DNA from: a virus | Lineage: Duplodnaviria; Heunggongvirae; Uroviricota; Caudoviricetes | Reading direction: 5' to 3' (one strand) | IMG/VR virus record: IMGVR_UViG_3300025723_001543 | Coordinates: 29,307 to 93,306 of that record | DNA length: 64,000 nt | Part shown: piece after piece, positions 53,071 to 61,344 of the stretch | How positions within the stretch are numbered: position 1 is the stretch's first letter | Layout: the number at the start of each line of letters is the position of its first letter | Position numbers and translations under genes: made by a program | Notes under the pieces: model-generated | What the model was told of the DNA's origin: nothing | The model's database searches: none | What the model saw: the letters and a program-made list of their open reading frames with translations, nothing else

Positions 53071-55917
53071 ATGAAATATCCTTCTATTGCAATTCTTGAT
53101 CTTATCGGTCTTGTTTATGATGGCACAACTCTTTCCAAGAAAGGATTGGGCGGTTCTGAATCAGCTGTTATTCTTATGTCAAAAGAATTAGCAAATCTTG
53201 GTTTTCCTATTACAGTTTTTAATGCTTGTGATGTAGATGATGCAAAGTCAGGTATCTATGATGGCGTAACTTATCGTCCTGTAGAAAGTATCAGACAAGA
53301 CGAAAACTTTGATATTGTTATTGCATCTAGAACTGTTGTTCCATTTGTTCCAGAACATTATTATGAAGGTTATAATCAAGCAACAAGATTTCCTTGTAAG
53401 TTATTCGAAGGAATTCGTAAGAACGCAAAGATGAAAATTCTTTGGATGCACGATACATTTTGTAATGGCGATCAGAACCTTGAAGATTTGACGACACAAG
53501 GATATATCGATAAGATTTTTACTCTCAGTGATTTTCATACATCTTATGTTACGAGTTGTGATCATGGTGGACGCAGAAACTTTGAAGTCCTAAAGAATAA
53601 AATTTTTCAGACTCGTAATGGTATGGTAAAATATTTTGATGAAGTAGATATTTCCGCCAAAGACCCAGACCTTTTTGTCTATAATGCTTCTCTTACAAAG
53701 GGAATGATACCACTTATTGATAAAATTTGGCCTCGTGTTAAGCAACATGCTCCTAATGCAAAATTAAAAGTTATTGGTGGTTTCTATCAATTTCGTTCTG
53801 ATGCTCCTTTGGATGATCAGGGGAAGAGATGGCAAGTTATTTCTAAAGACCCAAAGTATAGTAAGTTAGATATCGAATTTACTGGTATTATATCACAAAA
53901 GAAAATTGCTGAAACATTAACCAAAGCTTCTTTCTTTATTTTCCCCGGTGCTTTCCCAGAAACATTTGGCATTTCTACTCTTGAAGCATTGGCATATAAT
54001 GTTCCTATCCTTGCTACTCGTTTTGGTGCATTAGAAGAAACTGCTATTGGCAATTCTTCTTATTTTATTGATTATGCAATCGAGCCAAATGGTCTTTTTC
54101 CAAATATTAATCCTGATCAACAAGCAGAACGTTTTGCTGATATGACAATTCGTGCGTATCATGATCGTTATTTGCATCAGCAAAAAGAATATCATTGCAA
54201 TATCATTAAAGATATTTGTACATGGGATACAGTTGCTCTTCAGTGGAAACAATTGTTCTTCAAAGAATTCAAATTATATTTGTCTGTAGATGAATATCGT
54301 CAGGTAACATATATCAATAATAAAGTACATCGTGTTTTTGGTCGTAGGTTTAGTAACAATATTGAATGGAACATAAGAAAAGAAGGAAAAGAACAAAAAA
54401 TTGTTGTTGTGAGTCCATTCTTTAATGGTAAAGAATATCTTGAGAATATGATTATGTCTGTGGCGTCACAAGATTATGATAATTACCATCATATTATTGT
54501 TGATGATTGTTCAACAGACAATTCTTATGATACAATAAGAGAATGCATAAACACCCTTCCTTTAGATAAAATGCTTAAATTTTCTATCATAAGAAACACG
54601 GAAAACAAAGGCGCAGTTCGTAATCAAATAGAAGCATTCAAGCATATCGAATCAGATTCAATCATCATGCTTCTTGATGGTGATGATGCACTTATGCCTG
54701 ATAATAATATATTTAATTATTATAATAGTCTTTTTGCGAATGAAAAGACAGAATACGCATATGGTAGTTGTTGGTCTATGGCTGATAATATTCCATTGAT
54801 TGCACAACCATATCCTGCACATATCAAAAAGTTAAAAGCATATCGTCTACATAAATTTAATTGGGGTATGCCTTATCCTCACTTAAGAGTATTCAGAAAA
54901 AAACTTGTAGAAAGTATTGATGAGTCTGTCTTTAAGGATGAAGATGGTAACTGGTTTAAAGCTGGTGGTGATAATGCTACTTTCTATAATATCATAGAAC
55001 AAGCAGACCCAAATAAGGTTGTTGCAGTTCAAGATATTTTTTATCTTTATAATGACAAGAACCCATTGAATGATTATAAAGTTCACGGAAAATTGCAGAA
55101 CCAAAATGCAGCAAAAATTACAGGGAAACAACCAGAGAAGGTGAAGGATAATATGAGTGATCGTGTAACAAATTTTACTGATTGGATCAAAGATAAAAAG
55201 TTGGTAGAAACTCCTGTTAGGACAGCTATTGATGATATCAATGATCAGATGAGAGAACATATGATAACTGCTGGTGCTAATGTCTTGGAAAGAGTTAGAT
55301 TGAATTCAGAAAAGAAGAAGCGTGTTCTTATTGGTATCCCAACAGCTAAGAATATTGAACCTACAACTTTTAAGGCTATCTATGATTTGATTTTGCCTGA
55401 TAATGTAGAAGCTGATTTTCAATTTTTCTATGGGTACAATGTGGATCAGGTTCGCAATCTTATTGCAGACTGGATTGTCAAGGGAACATATGATTATCTT
55501 TTCTCAGTTGATTATGATATTTCTTTCCCACCTGATACTCTTGCAAAGCTTCTTTCTTATGACAAGGATATTGTTTCTGGTATCTATCGTCAAAGATTTT
55601 TTGAACATCAGACCCTTGAATTATTTGAAGCAAATGATAGAGGCGGTTATACTCATATGCCCTATGAAAAGATCAAGGGAAAGAAAGACCTTGTTCAAGT
55701 TGGTGCTTGTGGATTTGGCTGTGTTTTGATTAAGAAGCAAGTTATGGTTGATATTGGATATCCGCAGTTCCAATATACATCTGCTATCGATCACAAAGAT
55801 ACTTTTTCAGAAGATTTAGATTTTTGTAGAAAGGCTGCAGCTAAGGGTTATAATGTATGGGCTGATCCAACAATTCTTTGTGACCACACAGGCTCACATG
55901 TATTCAGAGTTCAATAA
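53071..55917 (+). CDS. Triple-domain glycosyltransferase fusion (GT4-like + GT2 + GT2-like), antisense to the structural genes
   Basis: GLGGSE, LWMHD, ETFGISTLEALA (GT-B); SPFFN, DDCSTD, LDGDD (GT-A); IGIPT, SVDYDI, GFGCVLI, SEDLDFC, CDH.G (GT-A). Confidence 0.92.
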   Translation: MKYPSIAILDLIGLVYDGTTLSKKGLGGSESAVILMSKELANLGFPITVFNACDVDDAKSGIYDGVTYRPVESIRQDENFDIVIASRTVVPFVPEHYYEGYNQATRFPCKLFEGIRKNAKMKILWMHDTFCNGDQNLEDLTTQGYIDKIFTLSDFHTSYVTSCDHGGRRNFEVLKNKIFQTRNGMVKYFDEVDISAKDPDLFVYNASLTKGMIPLIDKIWPRVKQHAPNAKLKVIGGFYQFRSDAPLDDQGKRWQVISKDPKYSKLDIEFTGIISQKKIAETLTKASFFIFPGAFPETFGISTLEALAYNVPILATRFGALEETAIGNSSYFIDYAIEPNGLFPNINPDQQAERFADMTIRAYHDRYLHQQKEYHCNIIKDICTWDTVALQWKQLFFKEFKLYLSVDEYRQVTYINNKVHRVFGRRFSNNIEWNIRKEGKEQKIVVVSPFFNGKEYLENMIMSVASQDYDNYHHIIVDDCSTDNSYDTIRECINTLPLDKMLKFSIIRNTENKGAVRNQIEAFKHIESDSIIMLLDGDDALMPDNNIFNYYNSLFANEKTEYAYGSCWSMADNIPLIAQPYPAHIKKLKAYRLHKFNWGMPYPHLRVFRKKLVESIDESVFKDEDGNWFKAGGDNATFYNIIEQADPNKVVAVQDIFYLYNDKNPLNDYKVHGKLQNQNAAKITGKQPEKVKDNMSDRVTNFTDWIKDKKLVETPVRTAIDDINDQMREHMITAGANVLERVRLNSEKKKRVLIGIPTAKNIEPTTFKAIYDLILPDNVEADFQFFYGYNVDQVRNLIADWIVKGTYDYLFSVDYDISFPPDTLAKLLSYDKDIVSGIYRQRFFEHQTLELFEANDRGGYTHMPYEKIKGKKDLVQVGACGFGCVLIKKQVMVDIGYPQFQYTSAIDHKDTFSEDLDFCRKAAAKGYNVWADPTILCDHTGSHVFRVQ

Positions 55918-55919
55918 TA

Positions 55920-56126
55920 TTAAAAACTAAATGATGGTTGAGAAATAAATGGCAATACGGGTGGTTCATTCAAAAGCCCGTATTGCCTTTGTTTCAATGC
56001 ACTCATAGGATCAATTGCACCATTATTATCTCTAACAATAATAGTTGTTGTTAGAGGAATTGATCTTGATATTGGAATCAATACATCATTATATGAAGTA
56101 ACAATTATTGTTTTTTTGTAGTCCAT
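55920..56126 (-). CDS. Small hypothetical protein (68 aa)
   Basis: Overlaps the upstream stop; abuts the converging glycosyltransferase gene. Confidence 0.55.
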   Translation of the reverse strand: MDYKKTIIVTSYNDVLIPISRSIPLTTTIIVRDNNGAIDPMSALKQRQYGLLNEPPVLPFISQPSFSF

Positions 56127-56455
56127 TATTTTGTAATCCCAAGATTGACAGTTATAATGCCTTCCATTATTCTTGAAACTACATTAGAATTACTTTTTAA
56201 ATTTAAATCATAAGCATATTGTGTATAAGTTAAATTGGCAGTCGTCGAAGCATTCATAGAAAGAATAACAATACCAGAATTTCCATTTATTGAAACATTC
56301 ATCGGTGTATATGTATTCGATGTATATGATCTTCTTATCTGTGCGCTACCTGTATAGTTATTAATAGGAAATGGATGACCATCTGAATCTATAAGATAAA
56401 CACTATAAATAAAATTTGCATTTTGATCTACAATAAGATTTGTTTTTATTGCCAT
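56126..56455 (-). CDS. Small virion structural protein (baseplate/fibre adaptor type)
   Basis: NL.VDQ.A.F...V......NY...AQIR.SY...YD......RI.EG...V...IT motif common in T4-like genomes. Confidence 0.75.
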   Translation of the reverse strand: MAIKTNLIVDQNANFIYSVYLIDSDGHPFPINNYTGSAQIRRSYTSNTYTPMNVSINGNSGIVILSMNASTTANLTYTQYAYDLNLKSNSNVVSRIMEGIITVNLGITK

Positions 56456-56467
56456 TTTAATTTTTAC

Positions 56468-59272
56468 CTATTGTTTCATTGCGTTTATGTATGCTTGTCT
56501 TGCTGCTTCATTTGCAGCAAGTTGTGCTAGTGCTGGGTCTGACGGACCATTAGCTTTTGCTAATGCAGCTGCTCCTGATGCAGCTATTAATGATTGATGA
56601 TAAACATAATCTGGATCATATGAACGCTCGCTATTTTCTACAGTTCCTGCAGGATTTGGTGGACCACCATATTTTGACCACCAATCAACAATATCATAGG
56701 TATTCACATGAGTTGGAATTGGCATAGCGCCGGGATATCTGGTATCATAATCAGCAAGAGTATCGGCCATCTTAATACGAAGTTTTTGATTTGTATTAAA
56801 AAGCATTGGCTCAGAAGGTGCTGCAATAGCTGAAGCAAAACTAGCTTTTATTTGTTCATAAGTTTGAGCGCCAGAATCAAGAAGCGATTGCCAGTATTTT
56901 GCACCAGTTTCATCTGGTTCTCTAAACAAATAATATTTAAATAGAAGAACTATTCTAGGATCAATCCCTGCATAATAAGCATTTGATCCAGAAAAATAAT
57001 ATAATGGATATATTTGATCTGTTGTAGAAGTATGTGGAGGCCAATACTGTATTCTTCTTAAAGTTACTTGACAAGTTTCATCTGAAGAACCAGTGCCATC
57101 ATAATCAGCTGATGCCCAAACATTTTTTAAATAAGGATCATAAAATACTTTGCATATGTAATTGCTTGGACCACCACTATTATTACCATTCCATTCGTAA
57201 TATTGGTATCCATATCCAAATCTGCCAATATGATTTGATTCAAAATGACCAGGATTATTAAGATCATCATAACGATCATTAATAATAAATGTATTATTAT
57301 TTACAGTTATTGTATCTTTTTGAACTATTTGATCTTGTTGTGTTGTTGTTGCCTGTAGTTTATAAGTTTTTAAATAAATATTTGGTGGGCTTGCTGTACT
57401 AACTAATCTTAAATACTGATAAAAATTTCCAACATCTCCATTATATGCATATGAATATATAAAAATATTTCCTGCAGCATCAGGCCAGACATTTGGATCA
57501 GTTGGAGATATATATACTGAAGGATATCCTACAAAATATCTTCCAGATTGATCAACTTCTGGTGCAGGAGCAAAAGTTACACCAGAACCTTCTCGTGCAT
57601 CAACCCATTTTTTTAATGGATTTTTTTGTATATAATTGTTAGTATAAATGCTAATTGGATCATTTGGATTGAGTAGAATATAAGATTCAACCTGTCCATC
57701 AAATATATTATTAAAAAAATTTAAAAGTTGGGGTGCGTTTTTTATATATGACAACCAAAAATCATAACCAGCTTGATCTATATTATCTGGATTTGGTCCA
57801 ATACCTACACGCCCAATACGAGCATAAGCTGCTATTACTAATTGTTGATAAGTATTTTCAGAATCAAAGATATTTATCACAACTCCATCATTATATCCAT
57901 TTGGATCAGGAAGAGAATTTAAATAATCTGATATATTATCAATATGTGTATCATTAGTTAAAATCCAATTTTTTACAGTAGTTGGATTTCCAGCAGGTAA
58001 TGACTGAGTAGTGGTTGCAACTAATTGATATTGTTGTAGATAATTATTTGTTGATGCCGGTGTTGCAACACCAGTATTTTGTAATGCATAAGCAGCATAA
58101 TAATCTATACTTGGACCTCTATATACAGCTCCATTTACGAATCCTGTATATCCAGCTCCTTTAACCGTGTGATCAAATACTAAAGCAAACAAATCAGCTG
58201 GATCATGCGTAATATATTCTGCAGGTTTTGAACCATATATAAACAAATTTACATTACTAGTATCAGGAGGCAAATCATTTACTGATTGAAACGTAGGAAA
58301 TATAAGAGTATTCCAACCACCATCCCCAATCTTCCACAACATATTGCCACCAACGTTCAAATTTTCTAAACTAGGTGGTGAGCCGCCTCCTCCTAATGGC
58401 CATTGAGGTACAGGTATTCTAACCCAAGAAGTTGATGCAACTGCTGGAATATTTACTTGATGATCTAAAAGATATATTGTATCGCCATTATTATAACCAT
58501 TCGGATCAGGCAAAGAACCAATATAAGAAGTCGAGTTATCTAAAACAGGTGTACTAATTGGAACCCAAACTTTTGTAGTAACATTTATTGGGTCTTGATG
58601 AATAATAACATTTGTTTTGGTATGAATTATAGTTTGAGTATTATAAGTTTTTGAAGTTGCTAATAATGGAGTATCTGTCAATCCATTAGAATTTCCTTTG
58701 AAAAATACTCTGAATACTTCACTAGAAATCCAAGGCGATTGAAAAGCAACATCAACAGAAAACCAATCATCATCTTTCAAATCTGTAAACATATCTAAAA
58801 CATTTATAAGCGGAGTTGCGTTATCTGGACCATTTGTTTTATAACCACCAAAGTAAATATTATATGCTGCTTGTTTATTTGCAAAATTAGCAAAATTTAA
58901 ATTTTTACTATTTAAATAATTTTTTACATATAAACTTGACGGTTCATTTGGTGAAATATTATAGATATAATCAAAAATCTCTGCATTAAAAATTTCATTA
59001 AAATCTATTGGAAATATTTGACCAGATGTTAATAAATTCATCTGATAATCATAACCAGCTTGATCTATATTATTTGGATTTGGTCCAATACCTATACGAC
59101 CAAAACGAGCATATGCTGACCTAACCATTCCATCAAAATCTGCTGGATTGATGTATGGGTTTCTTTCTAAAAGTTTTAGCCAATGGTCACTATATTTTAC
59201 ATTTTGATAATAAGTATAATTTACTTCAGCATTTAATAATGAGGCTTTTATATTTGGGATACGTAGTACCAT
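56468..59272 (-). CDS. 934-aa virion protein with three DUF4214-like repeats
   Basis: AYAR.GR.GIGPNP.NIDQAGYD(Y/F) twice and YLFREPDETGAKYWQSLLDSG; internal duplication LPDPNGYN.G. Confidence 0.7.
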   Translation of the reverse strand: MVLRIPNIKASLLNAEVNYTYYQNVKYSDHWLKLLERNPYINPADFDGMVRSAYARFGRIGIGPNPNNIDQAGYDYQMNLLTSGQIFPIDFNEIFNAEIFDYIYNISPNEPSSLYVKNYLNSKNLNFANFANKQAAYNIYFGGYKTNGPDNATPLINVLDMFTDLKDDDWFSVDVAFQSPWISSEVFRVFFKGNSNGLTDTPLLATSKTYNTQTIIHTKTNVIIHQDPINVTTKVWVPISTPVLDNSTSYIGSLPDPNGYNNGDTIYLLDHQVNIPAVASTSWVRIPVPQWPLGGGGSPPSLENLNVGGNMLWKIGDGGWNTLIFPTFQSVNDLPPDTSNVNLFIYGSKPAEYITHDPADLFALVFDHTVKGAGYTGFVNGAVYRGPSIDYYAAYALQNTGVATPASTNNYLQQYQLVATTTQSLPAGNPTTVKNWILTNDTHIDNISDYLNSLPDPNGYNDGVVINIFDSENTYQQLVIAAYARIGRVGIGPNPDNIDQAGYDFWLSYIKNAPQLLNFFNNIFDGQVESYILLNPNDPISIYTNNYIQKNPLKKWVDAREGSGVTFAPAPEVDQSGRYFVGYPSVYISPTDPNVWPDAAGNIFIYSYAYNGDVGNFYQYLRLVSTASPPNIYLKTYKLQATTTQQDQIVQKDTITVNNNTFIINDRYDDLNNPGHFESNHIGRFGYGYQYYEWNGNNSGGPSNYICKVFYDPYLKNVWASADYDGTGSSDETCQVTLRRIQYWPPHTSTTDQIYPLYYFSGSNAYYAGIDPRIVLLFKYYLFREPDETGAKYWQSLLDSGAQTYEQIKASFASAIAAPSEPMLFNTNQKLRIKMADTLADYDTRYPGAMPIPTHVNTYDIVDWWSKYGGPPNPAGTVENSERSYDPDYVYHQSLIAASGAAALAKANGPSDPALAQLAANEAARQAYINAMKQ

Positions 59273-61117
59273 TTACTTGCATCCACATTTACAACCATTT
59301 TTTTTCAATACATCAAGTTCTGCCTTAAGTTCTTTGATGTTCTTCTTTTTTACTGAATCAAGTTCTGCCTTTAGTTCCTTGATACCTTCAATCAACAAAG
59401 CAACAATTCTATCATATTTGACAGCCTTAATTCCATCTTCTCTTGTCGCAACAACTTCTGGAAGAAATTTTTCTATTTCCTGTGCAATTACACCAATATC
59501 ATGTTTTCTATTAAAATAATCGTCTTCACCACCATGGGTCTCTAGATGCTCATCAGTCCAATCAAATGTTACACCATTAATATTTTGAATCTTGTATAAA
59601 GCATTTTCAATATTTTTAACATTTGTTTTTAAAGTTTTGTCTGAAGAATAAAATGCAGTAATATCATTTGTTGCACGAATTTCGCCTCTAACACCAGAAG
59701 CTGGAGTGCCAACACCAAGACTGTTTATTTCCAAATCTGTTGATGGATTTATAGGTGTAGCAGCATCAGCCCATTTCATTACACCGGGCGAATCAAGAGA
59801 TAATACTTGACCAGCATTTCCCATATCATTTGGAAGAACTAAATTAACATCGTGTCCACTTGGAATAGTAGAAAAAGTAGAAAGTATAGTTTTTGCATTA
59901 GTTCCTGAAAAAATAATTGCACCATTGACATTTATTCCTCCAGCAGAAACTGAAAGAGGTGTTAATGAATTTTGAAAAGGAGCACCATCTGGAGCACCAG
60001 TTTGATAGCCACGAACTTCAAAATTAATTCCGGCTGGAGCACCTATTCTCATTTTGTCGCCAAGTGTACCATTTACACCAGCTGCTCCTGCAGAACCACC
60101 TTGGTGTTGAAATACTACATAACCTTTTTGAGTATCTGTACTAAAAACAATACCAGAATGCATTCCAAGTTGATTTGTGTTTCTAAATTCAATTAAATTA
60201 TTGGATACTGCTTCCATGAAAACAGATGTTCTAGAATTTATTGGACCAGAAGGAACAGAAGGACTGTAAGTTGGGTTCCAATTAGCAAGAGGATCGATAG
60301 ATAATTCTTTCATAATATGCAATGGTGCAATTGGAGTAAATCCGTTTGATCCTACACCTAAAGCAATATTACCATTAGAAGTTAATCCAGTGGCAAAATA
60401 ATTATTTTGTCCCATGAATTCTACATTGCTTGTAAATATGAGATTTGAAGTGCCGCCTGGTCCTAAATGTAATTTCCCGTTGACATAAAGATCATTTACA
60501 TGTTCTACATTACAATGTATATTTTGAATCCAAAGATCAGTAGAAGTCATCTTTGAGTTTTGTACAAGAACACCAGTTGGATTTGAATAAATTTGTAATC
60601 CATAACGATCAGAATAAGTATTAGCCTCTAGATCGCCAATTGTACTTGTGTAAGCAGAAAATATACCAACATTAATACTATCTGTTTGAATCTTAGTTGG
60701 ATAAAGAACTGTATTACCTACAACAACATTACTGGTAAAATGGCCACTAATGGACGCAACATTTCCATCACGAATATTTGTAGCACCCATTCTCATCAAT
60801 GTTCCAGTATAAAAAACTGTTCCATTAATTGTTATACCATTTGATGTATATACAGAGTTTGTTGATGAGTCAGCAGCAATAGTCATACTAGTGTTAGCAA
60901 TAATTACATTTTGAGAAGTATATCCAACTTGTAAAGATGAATTTGCAAATAAAACATTAGCAGTAAACATTCCAGATATACTAGAATTACCAATGGCAGT
61001 ATTAGAATCCGTAGTTATAATGTTTTTATTTAAAATATCCAATACTCTATTAGTTTTATCTATCCATTGACCAAAGGTATCGCCTGATACGTTTACGTTT
61101 GCAATTGCTATTGTCAT
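59273..61117 (-). CDS. Tail fibre with a C-terminal peptidase-S74 intramolecular chaperone
   Basis: DTF.QW..KTN N-terminus; SSDKTLKTNV, GVTFDW, GVIAQE..LPE.V, Y...V.LL.E.IKEL. Confidence 0.9.
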   Translation of the reverse strand: MTIAIANVNVSGDTFGQWIDKTNRVLDILNKNIITTDSNTAIGNSSISGMFTANVLFANSSLQVGYTSQNVIIANTSMTIAADSSTNSVYTSNGITINGTVFYTGTLMRMGATNIRDGNVASISGHFTSNVVVGNTVLYPTKIQTDSINVGIFSAYTSTIGDLEANTYSDRYGLQIYSNPTGVLVQNSKMTSTDLWIQNIHCNVEHVNDLYVNGKLHLGPGGTSNLIFTSNVEFMGQNNYFATGLTSNGNIALGVGSNGFTPIAPLHIMKELSIDPLANWNPTYSPSVPSGPINSRTSVFMEAVSNNLIEFRNTNQLGMHSGIVFSTDTQKGYVVFQHQGGSAGAAGVNGTLGDKMRIGAPAGINFEVRGYQTGAPDGAPFQNSLTPLSVSAGGINVNGAIIFSGTNAKTILSTFSTIPSGHDVNLVLPNDMGNAGQVLSLDSPGVMKWADAATPINPSTDLEINSLGVGTPASGVRGEIRATNDITAFYSSDKTLKTNVKNIENALYKIQNINGVTFDWTDEHLETHGGEDDYFNRKHDIGVIAQEIEKFLPEVVATREDGIKAVKYDRIVALLIEGIKELKAELDSVKKKNIKELKAELDVLKKNGCKCGCK

Positions 61118-61341
61118 TTATTGAGTACCTTAAGTAAAAGCTGCTTTATTTCTGACATGTCTTCTTTTAAACCATTTAGTTCATTTTCTATAGTATTTAT
61201 TTTACCAATATTGTTCTTTACTTCACTTAAGTGCTGACGTTCTTTTTTATAAGCATCATAATTTTCTTGTTGCACATTTACTAATGCACCTTTATTATTT
61301 CTAGCTCTTACAAAACCTTCACTTGCATGTTGTTTATTCAT
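61114..61341 (-). CDS. Small coiled-coil protein typical of T4-like structural regions
   Basis: R....GALVN...Y..Y......I..L..EL..LK.D..EIK.LL pattern. Confidence 0.8.
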   Translation of the reverse strand: MNKQHASEGFVRARNNKGALVNVQQENYDAYKKERQHLSEVKNNIGKINTIENELNGLKEDMSEIKQLLLKVLNK

Positions 61342-61344
61342 TTT

